DNA of 63,995 nucleotides, filler included, from 5 parts of 5 records of this genome joined end to end with filler, not necessarily neighbours in it; one strand, 5' to 3'; positions 30,041-39,057 are shown, numbered from the whole stretch's first letter. Made by a program: numbers and translations. The notes: generated by a model not told the origin, from the sequence alone.

Positions 30041-31672
30041 TTACAATATACCCTGGTCCTGATATGTTCCGTATACATCTGTCAGACACGACGTGATCTC
30101 TCCCAGGGTGGCGTAGTGTTTGGCGGCTTTGACGACCGATGGAATAATGTTCTTTCCTTCCTGGGCGTCACTCCGTACCAGATCTAATGCTTTTTTAACC
30201 TTTTCCATGTCCCGATCGGCTTTCATCAACCGCAGCTTTTCGATTTGACTTTTTTCCAAATCAGGATCGACTTGGAAAACAGGGATCTCATCCTCTCCAT
30301 CTTCACGAAAGACATTAACGCCGATGATAAGACGATTTTTTTCTTCAATGGCCTTCTGGAATTGATGGGCCTCATGGGCCAACTCCTTTTGGAAGAAGCC
30401 GTTTTCAATGCATTTCTCCGCACCACCCATTTCAGTGATTTTATGAATGTAATTGTTGATTCTTTCTTCAATATTGCATGTCAACGTTTCAAGCGCGTAA
30501 CTTCCACCTAACGGATCGACGATTTTGGTTAATCCGGCTTCCTGGGCGAGTATTTGCTGGGTTCTCAAAGCCACGGTGCTGGCTTGTTCGGTAGGGAGAG
30601 AAACGGCTTCATCAAATGACGATGTGGCCAAGGTCTGAACGCCTCCCAGCACTGCCGCCATTGCTTCGACTGTCACTCGGACAATATTGTTTAGGGGCTG
30701 CTGTGCGGTAAGGGTCCCTCCGGATGTGTAAGCGATAATGCGCAATTTCATGGATTCGGGTTTTTCGGCGCCAAACCGTTCTTTCATCATCCTGGCCCAG
30801 ACCCGCCTTGCCGCCCGGAACTTGGCAATTTCTTCTATGATTTCAATATGCGATGAAAGAAAGGTGGAGAGTTTCGGTGCAAAATGGTCGATATTTAGGT
30901 TTCTCTTGAGCGACTCTTCAATGTAGCTAATACCATTGGCAAAGCAAAAGGCGATTTCTTGGGGTGCGTTTCCGCCACTTTCTCTTATATGATAACCGCT
31001 CAAGGAAATGGGAACCCAATCGGGCATATGTTTTGCTGCGTATTCGATAACGTCAACGGTAAGTTTTACGGATGCTTTTGGCGGGAAAATATAGGTGCCC
31101 CGCGCAAAATATTCTTTAAGGGGATCGTTTTGCAGAAGGATCTTTATAGCATTTGGTTCAATGTCATTTTTTTCGGTAAAAGCGATAATAAATGCTGTTA
31201 TTATCGGGGCGATGGCATTGGCAGTGGTGCGGATTTGACGGACTTTCTTAAGCGGTATTCCTTCAAATAATTTTTCAATGTCCGCCAGACTGTTAATGGT
31301 CACACCAACCTTACCCACCTCGCCGGATGAGAGTTCATGATCTGAATCGAGCCCTATCTGCGTAGGTAGGTCCAGCGCCACGGAGAAACCCGTCTGCCCC
31401 TGTTCCAGCAGATATCGGAACCTTTTGTTGGCCTCTTCAGCCGAACCGAATCCGGAGTACTGACCCATAATCCATGGATCATTCCTGTACATACCCCGGT
31501 GATTACCGCGTGTGAACGGGTATTCACCGGCTTTATTCAGATCATCACGATATACAAAGTTTATTTTCTCAAGATCCTCCGGTGTATTTTCCTCTTTAAG
31601 GAGAATTCCCGAGTTGGTAACAAACTTCTCCTGCCTTTCATTGTCCTCAAATTTTGAATCACCACTCATCAT
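30041..31672 (-). CDS. Acyl-CoA mutase large (substrate-binding) subunit, MCM family, divergent
   Basis: YPFTRG, GQYSGFG, DLPTQ.G.DSD, QNDPLKEY.ARG, SGYHIRE, DPLGGSY. Confidence 0.92.
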   Translation of the reverse strand: MMSGDSKFEDNERQEKFVTNSGILLKEENTPEDLEKINFVYRDDLNKAGEYPFTRGNHRGMYRNDPWIMGQYSGFGSAEEANKRFRYLLEQGQTGFSVALDLPTQIGLDSDHELSSGEVGKVGVTINSLADIEKLFEGIPLKKVRQIRTTANAIAPIITAFIIAFTEKNDIEPNAIKILLQNDPLKEYFARGTYIFPPKASVKLTVDVIEYAAKHMPDWVPISLSGYHIRESGGNAPQEIAFCFANGISYIEESLKRNLNIDHFAPKLSTFLSSHIEIIEEIAKFRAARRVWARMMKERFGAEKPESMKLRIIAYTSGGTLTAQQPLNNIVRVTVEAMAAVLGGVQTLATSSFDEAVSLPTEQASTVALRTQQILAQEAGLTKIVDPLGGSYALETLTCNIEERINNYIHKITEMGGAEKCIENGFFQKELAHEAHQFQKAIEEKNRLIIGVNVFREDGEDEIPVFQVDPDLEKSQIEKLRLMKADRDMEKVKKALDLVRSDAQEGKNIIPSVVKAAKHYATLGEITSCLTDVYGTYQDQGIL

Positions 31673-31779
31673 ATTACCTCTACCCTGCCTTAAATCCCCC
31701 GCTCATTAGCAGGGGATGGGTGGATTCATAAAGCACAAGTTCCCATCATTAAAAAAGATGATTTACGTTTTTCGAATTC

Positions 31780-32988
31780 TCAATCCCTGGGAGGAAAGCC
31801 TTCCACATGGGGAACGTATATATGACCTTTTCCCGCGTATGATATTTTTTCATACATAATTTGATTCTCAATAAAACAGTGATCCGGGATAGACTCGAAT
31901 TTGAAATTGCTGTCGCCGCCGCGTCCTTTTCCCCACACGGGGCAACTCACCGGCAGGAAATGTCTTTGCGTGTCGATGCAGTTGCAGCAATAGATGCATT
32001 TTGCAATCTCTTTTTCCCGTCCTTCCATTGCCTTGATCGGCCAATCCGGGTCTGCAATCAAGGGACGACAAACCCCGACGATATCGACGCGGCCCTCTTC
32101 AAGGACTTTTTCAGCAATTTCGGGGGTGGGGATGCGACCGACACCCTGGACAGGAATTGTCACCGCTTTTTTAACGGCTTCCATGACATGAAGGTTGCAG
32201 CATTCGGCGTATGACCGGGGTGGAATGCAACGTTGCCCGCTGTACCCCGTATACCAATGACCGTCTTCATATCTGCCGCCAACAGAGACATCCATGTAGA
32301 ATACACCCGCATCTTCCAGCAGCTTGGCGGTTTCGCAAGCAAGCTGGGTGGTTACTCCGCCGGACACAAAATCATCACCGTTAATGCGACAATTCACCAA
32401 AGCCGATGTTCCGCACTCCTCTTTGATCAAAGCGATGCAATCCAGTAATACCTTGGCGCGTTTTTTTACGCTCCCCCCGTATTCATCCGTTCTGCGATTG
32501 GCTGTGGGGGATAACATGGAAGCAAAGGTATAGGCATGAGCGGCATGCAGCTGTACAAAATCAACGCCGCAGTCAAAGCAGCGTTTGGCAGCGGAAACGT
32601 ACTGCTCGTTCATTTCCGCGAATTCCTTCGGCTTCATATCGGTCGGTTCCATTCGATAATTGTGGGAAACGCTGGGCCAATGAACCAGTTGAACCCCGCA
32701 TTTGGCTCCATATTTGTGAATGACGTCCACAATACGTTTAAGCCCCTCTTTGTAACTATCGTCCACCATTCGCATGAGATTGCCGCTCGGACGCTTATGG
32801 ACGCCCACCGCCTCGACAACCACCATGCCCACGCCGCCCGCGGCGATTTGCTCATACCACTTGACATGCTTTTCAGATACATACCCGCCTTCCAAACCGA
32901 ATTGCGTGGAAGCCGGCGGCATGACCAACCGGTTTTTCAATTTCAAAGGCCCCAGATCATATTCACTAAACAGCTTTGGGTAGTTCAT
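31780..32988 (-). CDS. NADH:flavin oxidoreductase (Old Yellow Enzyme family) with C-terminal Cys cluster
   Basis: LKNRLVMPP, HAAHAY, NRRTDEYGGS, RPLIADPDW, CIYCCNC...C. Confidence 0.9.
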   Translation of the reverse strand: MNYPKLFSEYDLGPLKLKNRLVMPPASTQFGLEGGYVSEKHVKWYEQIAAGGVGMVVVEAVGVHKRPSGNLMRMVDDSYKEGLKRIVDVIHKYGAKCGVQLVHWPSVSHNYRMEPTDMKPKEFAEMNEQYVSAAKRCFDCGVDFVQLHAAHAYTFASMLSPTANRRTDEYGGSVKKRAKVLLDCIALIKEECGTSALVNCRINGDDFVSGGVTTQLACETAKLLEDAGVFYMDVSVGGRYEDGHWYTGYSGQRCIPPRSYAECCNLHVMEAVKKAVTIPVQGVGRIPTPEIAEKVLEEGRVDIVGVCRPLIADPDWPIKAMEGREKEIAKCIYCCNCIDTQRHFLPVSCPVWGKGRGGDSNFKFESIPDHCFIENQIMYEKISYAGKGHIYVPHVEGFPPRD

Positions 32989-33061
32989 TTTCTATCTCCA
33001 ATCTTCGCGTTGCTGCTTCATAAAAATTGAAATTTTAGGATGCTAACTTGTGGTTTCATTG

Positions 33062-33077
33062 AGCATGAATCGTGCCA
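33062..33077 (-). promoter_or_regulatory. sigma54 promoter of the OYE-mutase operon
   Basis: Minus strand TGGCACGATTCATGCT = GG-N10-GC. Confidence 0.75.
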
Positions 33078-33462
33078 ATGAACATTAAACAAAATTTACC
33101 AAGTAATTACGGATATATAGATAGCCAGGAAAGAAATTTTCCAATTCGGTGCAACTATTGATTTTTAATTTATTTGATGTGTCTTCTAACTTTTTGAAAA
33201 ATGGCTATGCATTTGACTTCCAAATTCAACCACAGGTGTTCTATAGCGTAGGAGAACCGTCTTCAGAAGAGATGGGAAACATCGTCTGGTAGGATTTCAG
33301 CTTAAGATGACAACATCTATCTCTGAGCCGATTTGAGAGTTTGGGAATCACATTACCCCATTGTTTTCATAGTTTAAATATGAACATCCGGATTATCTTT
33401 GAGTTGATTATGGGAATTTACGCGAACAATATTTTCCTGATTATCAAATATAGGATCATTTC

Positions 33463-33478
33463 TGGCATGCTTATTGCC
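33463..33478 (+). promoter_or_regulatory. sigma54 promoter of the HD gene
   Basis: TGGCATGCTTATTGCC = GG-N10-GC. Confidence 0.75.
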
Positions 33479-33591
33479 GAATACATTTCATGTCCCTTGA
33501 TAATCAGAGGTTAGAAGCAGTATGGTTATACAAATGAGAGTGCACCACAATGAATGAAACAATTATTTAGGTCATAGGAAAAGAGGATAAT

Positions 33592-34218
33592 ATGGTGGAT
33601 CAAAACGAAAAGCCCTTGGATGTTGACTGGCAAATAGAGGACTCGGATCACGCGATCCTCTACAAAAGAGCCGAACCGTTCCTGCAAACACGTTTTAATG
33701 CACTTCATACTCGAATTGCCTATTTTTTTGCCTTGATGCTTCTGAAAAAAAAAGATGGCAACCCGGAAGTGGTCATTCCGGCAATTTTATTACATGATAT
33801 TGGTTGGAGCGTTATCTCGGAAGGCCGTCAAGTTGGGGCATTCGGGCCGGAAATCAGAAAACCTGAACTCAATCGACTCCATGAAATTGAAGGTGCAAGA
33901 ATGGCGAGAAATATTCTTGCGGATTTGGGATGTCCTGAAGACCGTATTGGGGAAATTCAAAATATTATCTCCGGACACGACTCACGTCATAATCCAATAA
34001 ATGTTAATGATGCTATTGTCAAAGATGCCGATAAACTTTGGAGATTTACCCATGAAGGATTTACCATCGATTACCAACGCTTTGGAAAAACAAAAAACGA
34101 ACATTACATATGGCTCTTTGAAAGCATACCCAAATGGTTTTTGATCCAGGGATCTACCACTCTGGCTAAAGACATGTTGCTGCAGCGAAAAAAAGAGTAT
34201 GGCATTGAACATGAGTAG
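33592..34218 (+). CDS. HD-domain phosphohydrolase (CreD-like)
   Basis: H...LLHDIGW...HE..GA...GHD...DADKLWRF. Confidence 0.85.
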   Translation: MVDQNEKPLDVDWQIEDSDHAILYKRAEPFLQTRFNALHTRIAYFFALMLLKKKDGNPEVVIPAILLHDIGWSVISEGRQVGAFGPEIRKPELNRLHEIEGARMARNILADLGCPEDRIGEIQNIISGHDSRHNPINVNDAIVKDADKLWRFTHEGFTIDYQRFGKTKNEHYIWLFESIPKWFLIQGSTTLAKDMLLQRKKEYGIEHE

Positions 34219-34416
34219 ATAAGTGCCGAAACGGCAGCCCTTTCAAGGTGGCCCATAGCTAACAGTCCCCACGTACTGGCAATGGGAATACGGGCCTACT
34301 TATTTTTTAAATTTTTAAAGAATATTCATAAAATTTTGAGAACCCTTCCATAAGTCTCTTGGAGTCCCCATTCCATAACATTCTGAAAAATAAACAAAAA
34401 ATTCTATAACAATTTT

Positions 34417-34432
34417 TGGCATATTTATTGAA
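34417..34432 (+). promoter_or_regulatory. Near-consensus sigma54 promoter upstream of the PPDK-like gene
   Basis: TGGCATATTTATTGAA (GG-N10-GA, one mismatch at -12). Confidence 0.45.
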
Positions 34433-34650
34433 CAAGGGTATCGCAGCTCGTGGTGAGTGTGGCCCATTTTATGGTTTGTCCCAGCCAAAGCACACCGCCG
34501 GGCTCACTTTATATCGACCACTATGGAAAAATTTTAACGGGTGAATGAAACATGCGATGATACCGTTATATCTTGGAAGAGCAGTAATGGAGGAGATGGT
34601 CGAAAACGATAAGAGAGGTAATACCAATAACGCTTTAGACAGAGGTCAAA

Positions 34651-36996
34651 ATGGGAACTATGCATACATCTACTGAAAAGACAATTTGTGACGCCGTTCA
34701 TGCAGCCCAACACGACCAGCGGTCGGATTTGGTATCGGCAGCGGTTAATTCGATTCACCCCGACGCGCTGGATGTGTTCTTTCACGCTGGATTGGAGACC
34801 ACTGCCATAACATCCAAACCGGCCACCACCGGGCTACCTGCTTCACCTGGCGCCGCCGTGGGTGAGGTCGCTTTGGACGCAGCCCAGGCGCTGGCTATGG
34901 CTGAGGCGGGGCGGTCAGTAATTCTGGTGCGATCCGAAACAACCCCAGACGACGTGTTGGGCATGCAGGCCGCCCAAGGGATTCTAACGGCGCGAGGCGG
35001 GTTAGGGTCTCACGCCGCCATTGTTGCCCGCGGCTGGGGAAAGCCCGCGGTGGTGGGGGCCGTCGACGTGCACGTCGTTGCCGGCGGCATAGAAATCGAT
35101 GGTATCTCAGTGAGCGAAGGCGACCCTTTGACCATTGACGGCAGCACCGGTGCTGTCTACATAGGCGAGCTCGAGGTGTCATCACATGAGCCTCCAACCG
35201 AGCTGAACCAACTGCTTCACTGGGCCGACCAAGTTGCGGAGACCGGCAGGGTTCAGGTGCGGGCCAACGCGGACACCCAAGACGATGCGAGTATGGGCCG
35301 CACGTTGGGAGCAAAAGGTATCGGGCTGTGCCGAACTGAGCACATGTTCCTGTCTCCCGATCGACTCCCGATGATGCGCCGCTTCATACTGAGCGAGACG
35401 GTTGCCGAGGAACAAGAGAGTTTACAACAACTTGAAAAAGCCCAGGTTGCTGATTTCGAGTCGGTGCTGGAGGCCATGGACGGGCTGCCGGTAACGGTTC
35501 GCCTGCTCGACCCGCCACTGCATGAGTTTCTGCCCGACTTAGTGGACCTCACCGCCAAAGAGGCCCGAGGCGAGTTGAATAGCGTCGAGGCAAAGGAGCT
35601 GTCGGCGGCGCGGCGGCTACACGAAACTAACCCCATGATCGGCACCCGAGGGGTGCGGATGGGTATGGTGCGTAGCGGTTTGTACGAAATGCAGGTTCGT
35701 GCGTTGTCGGTTGCGGCCGGCAACCTGATTCAGCGGGGAAAGCAACCGCGGATAGAGATCATGATTCCCCTGGTCGTTAATGAACGTGAACTATCCATGG
35801 CCAGACAATGGGTAACCGATACGTTGGACCAGTCGGGCCACCCGGAGTTGGCGGCCGAAGCCATTTCGATCGGGGCGATGATCGAAACACCCCGCGCCGC
35901 CTTGGTGGCCGGTGCGCTATCAGAGCACTCCGACTTCTTCTCCTTCGGCACTAACGATCTAACCCAAATGACATTCGCCTTTAGCCGCGACGACGTTGAA
36001 GCTCGCACGCTTCCCGCCTATCAGGAGAGGGGGATTCTCGAAGAGAACCCGTTCGCGGTGTTAGATCATGACGGGGTTGGCGCCCTGGTAGAAATGGGCT
36101 GCAAGGCCGCCCGCCAGACCAAGCCATCGATCAAACTTGGGGTATGCGGTGAACACGCGGGTCACCCAGACTCGGTGGACTTCTTTGTTCGGGCCGGAGT
36201 GGACTCGGTGAGCTGCTCACCGTTTCGAGTTCCGCTGAGTCGCCTGGCGGTGGCTCAGGCTTTGCTGGCCTCAGGCCGCGTGTCGGCTGAAGCAGTGCCG
36301 TTTACCTTCAACAGCTCTGGAACCTCATCGGCTGATGTTGATGGCAGCTCCTCATCCTCTGAACAGCCCGGAGGACAACCCGTAGACGAGACCGCGCTGG
36401 CGGTGGACGAAGATCTCGTGCTGTATGTTCTGCGGGTTCGAGGCTTCATCACCCCCGAAGGCCTGCTGGAGAGCTTGGGTACGGTTCCCACCGACATGAT
36501 GGCCGACTTTGTGAGCCAGGGCTGGGTGAACCATATGGAAGATAGCGACATGTATTCACTTACTCCCGAAGGGAAAAAAGAACAGCAGCGTCGCTTCGAC
36601 TCGGCCGCCGACCCGGCTCTGGCCCAGGCGTTATCGCCCGGCTACCGGCTTTTTTTGAAGCTCAACACCGAGTTTAAGGAACTGTGCAACCGCTGGCAGT
36701 TGAAAGACGGCGCTGTCAATGATCACTGTGACATCGCCTATGATCAACTGCAGCTTGATGGTCTCGCGTCGCTCGCTGATAGGGCCCAACCCGTTCTCGT
36801 GCAGCTGGCGGAGGTCCTCCCCCGCCTGGCGCGTTACAATAGCCGCCTGCAGGAGGCTTTTCTGCGGGCGGTTGGCGGTGAAACCAAGATGTTTACCGGC
36901 GTGATGTGTGGCTCATTTCACGATATATGGATGGAGCTGCACGAAGACCTCATGCTGCTACAAGGCATCAATAGAGCTGAAGAAGGCAGCTTCTAG
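34651..36996 (+). CDS. PPDK-like PEP-utilising protein lacking the ATP-grasp domain, fused to an Rv1126c-like C-terminal domain
   Basis: GLPASPGAA.G, GGLGSHAA (His121), GIGLCRTEHMF, RLLDPPLHEFLP, ENPM-like NPMIG.RG.R, MIETPRA, SFGTNDLTQ, GVCGEH; Ser-rich linker; extra ~195-aa domain ending SFHDIWMELHEDL. Confidence 0.85.
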   Translation: MGTMHTSTEKTICDAVHAAQHDQRSDLVSAAVNSIHPDALDVFFHAGLETTAITSKPATTGLPASPGAAVGEVALDAAQALAMAEAGRSVILVRSETTPDDVLGMQAAQGILTARGGLGSHAAIVARGWGKPAVVGAVDVHVVAGGIEIDGISVSEGDPLTIDGSTGAVYIGELEVSSHEPPTELNQLLHWADQVAETGRVQVRANADTQDDASMGRTLGAKGIGLCRTEHMFLSPDRLPMMRRFILSETVAEEQESLQQLEKAQVADFESVLEAMDGLPVTVRLLDPPLHEFLPDLVDLTAKEARGELNSVEAKELSAARRLHETNPMIGTRGVRMGMVRSGLYEMQVRALSVAAGNLIQRGKQPRIEIMIPLVVNERELSMARQWVTDTLDQSGHPELAAEAISIGAMIETPRAALVAGALSEHSDFFSFGTNDLTQMTFAFSRDDVEARTLPAYQERGILEENPFAVLDHDGVGALVEMGCKAARQTKPSIKLGVCGEHAGHPDSVDFFVRAGVDSVSCSPFRVPLSRLAVAQALLASGRVSAEAVPFTFNSSGTSSADVDGSSSSSEQPGGQPVDETALAVDEDLVLYVLRVRGFITPEGLLESLGTVPTDMMADFVSQGWVNHMEDSDMYSLTPEGKKEQQRRFDSAADPALAQALSPGYRLFLKLNTEFKELCNRWQLKDGAVNDHCDIAYDQLQLDGLASLADRAQPVLVQLAEVLPRLARYNSRLQEAFLRAVGGETKMFTGVMCGSFHDIWMELHEDLMLLQGINRAEEGSF

Positions 36997-37104
36997 ACAT
37001 GGCTGACTTGGCCCGGTATCGGCGGCGAGCCGACGGGGGCCTAACTGAACTGAATGAATAGTCAATATTCCGCACGGGAACTACCATTGCTAAAGGAGTA
37101 AAGA

Positions 37105-39057
37105 ATGCTTGAACTGAGAAAAGGGGATGAAATTCTTGCCACCATGGGTAGGATCACCACCATGGGTGAGGCAGAAACCCTGATTTCCGAGAAATTGGAT
37201 GATGCTAACCGGAAAAAATTGTCGCTGATAAAAACCGAAGAGGCATTGAACAAAATCGCCAACGCCATCGTCATGTGTCGCCCCGACCATGTATTCGTAA
37301 ATACAGGTTCCCCTGAAGATGTACAGTGGATTCGTGAGTACTCCCTGGAAAAAGGTGAAGAGCGAAAACTTATCAAGGAAGGGCACACGATTCATTACGA
37401 TCTCCCTCAGGATCAGGCAAGACTCGTTAAACAGACATTTTATATCATTAACGAAGGGGAGCAGATGAGTTCCCTGGCAAAATCCGTTTTACGCAGTGAG
37501 GCCATTGATTATATAAAGGAATTCATGCCGGGAATAATGGAAGGAAAAACCATGATTGTCGGTTTTTACAGCCGTGGGCCCGTGGGGGCGGAAGCGGCCA
37601 TTCCCGCAATTGAGATATCTTCATCAGGCTACGTACTGCATTCCGCCGAACTGCTCTATCGCAACTGCTACCGGCACTTTGATTCAGAAGCAAACCGTGC
37701 CGGACTCTTCTTCACCAATGTCCATTCGGAAGGAAACAACACCTCGGAAGACGTACCAAACGCGCGGATTTTCATGGATAGAAGCTGGATGACCACCTTC
37801 TCCACATTCTGCACCTATGCTGGAAACACCCTGCTGCTGAAAAAAGGAAATCACCGTTTCAGTGTCGATTATGCCACCTATTATAAGGTTGAGGAGCAGT
37901 TATCCGAGCATATGTTTATAACCGGCCTGACTGGCCCAAAAGGTCGCAAAACCTTTTTCGCGGGGGCTGCGCCATCTGGCTGTGGCAAAACCACAACTGC
38001 CATGGTCGGCAGCGATTTCATTGGAGATGATCTTGCGCAATTCTGGATAGATTCGGGCGGAGTTCTCAGAGCAATCAACCCGGAAAAAGGTATTTTCGGA
38101 ATTGTAGAGGATGTTAACCGTGAGGGTGACCCCTTCCTGATGGATTGTCTACGAGGAGATGGCACCGAGGTGATCTGGTCCAACGTACTTATCAATGATG
38201 GAGTTCCCCATTGGGTAGGCAATGGGGAGGAATCACCGGAGAAAGGCGAGAACTTTCAAGGGGACTGGTTTACAGGAAAAACCGATATCGACGGTAGTCT
38301 AATCCCCATGTCCCATAAGAATTCCCGCTGCACCCTGCTCGCTTCAACAATTGCCAATCATGCGACCGAGCTCGCTGAAGATCCGCAGGGAGTACCGGTC
38401 AAGATCATTACCTACTCAGGGAGAGACTCCGATACTATGCCGCCGGTCTGGGTGGCAAAGAGTGCCGTTGAAGGTGTTGTTATCGGAGCGTCAATTGTTT
38501 CCAAAGCCACTGCTACAGAGGTGGGCGCGACTGGAGTGAATCGACAGCCGTGGGCCAATGCTCCTTTTATACCCGGAGCACTTGCGGATTATATGGAAGC
38601 CCAGTTTACCTTCTTTAATTCCGACAAATTTACTGAAGAGACCCGACCCATCATGGCCGGCTTAAACTATTTCCTTACTGAGGGAAACCGAGGTGGCACC
38701 GGTCCCAAATTATTGGGTGAAAAAAAGGATGTAAAAGTCTGGCTCGGGTGGTTGGAATTATTCGCCAACGGTGATGTTGATGCAATCAACACCCCAATCG
38801 GCTATCTCCCTAAATATGAAGATCTGGCCACTCTTTTTGCGTCGATCTATAAAGAATACGATAAATCATTATACGAAAAGCAGTTCGCGCTCTATATTGA
38901 CAAAATCGTCGATCGAATTGACCTGCAGCGTGATGCCTACAGCAAAGAAGCTGACATCCCGCAGACACTTTTTTCAGTTTATGAAAAACAGCGAAGTGAA
39001 CTCCTACAATTGAGAGAAAAATTCGGACCGATATTCGTAATCGACAGCTTTAATTAG
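37105..39057 (+). CDS. pckG: Phosphoenolpyruvate carboxykinase (GTP)
   Basis: YAGN, SEHM, AAPSGCGKT, IGDDLA, INPE.G.FG, H.NSR, NYF. Confidence 0.93.
   Translation: MLELRKGDEILATMGRITTMGEAETLISEKLDDANRKKLSLIKTEEALNKIANAIVMCRPDHVFVNTGSPEDVQWIREYSLEKGEERKLIKEGHTIHYDLPQDQARLVKQTFYIINEGEQMSSLAKSVLRSEAIDYIKEFMPGIMEGKTMIVGFYSRGPVGAEAAIPAIEISSSGYVLHSAELLYRNCYRHFDSEANRAGLFFTNVHSEGNNTSEDVPNARIFMDRSWMTTFSTFCTYAGNTLLLKKGNHRFSVDYATYYKVEEQLSEHMFITGLTGPKGRKTFFAGAAPSGCGKTTTAMVGSDFIGDDLAQFWIDSGGVLRAINPEKGIFGIVEDVNREGDPFLMDCLRGDGTEVIWSNVLINDGVPHWVGNGEESPEKGENFQGDWFTGKTDIDGSLIPMSHKNSRCTLLASTIANHATELAEDPQGVPVKIITYSGRDSDTMPPVWVAKSAVEGVVIGASIVSKATATEVGATGVNRQPWANAPFIPGALADYMEAQFTFFNSDKFTEETRPIMAGLNYFLTEGNRGGTGPKLLGEKKDVKVWLGWLELFANGDVDAINTPIGYLPKYEDLATLFASIYKEYDKSLYEKQFALYIDKIVDRIDLQRDAYSKEADIPQTLFSVYEKQRSELLQLREKFGPIFVIDSFN

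Noticed and set aside
31694-31717. Hairpin ATCCCCCGCT-CATT-AGCAGGGGAT between the OYE and mutase genes
   Set aside because: No U-tract on the coding strand; at most an mRNA-stability element
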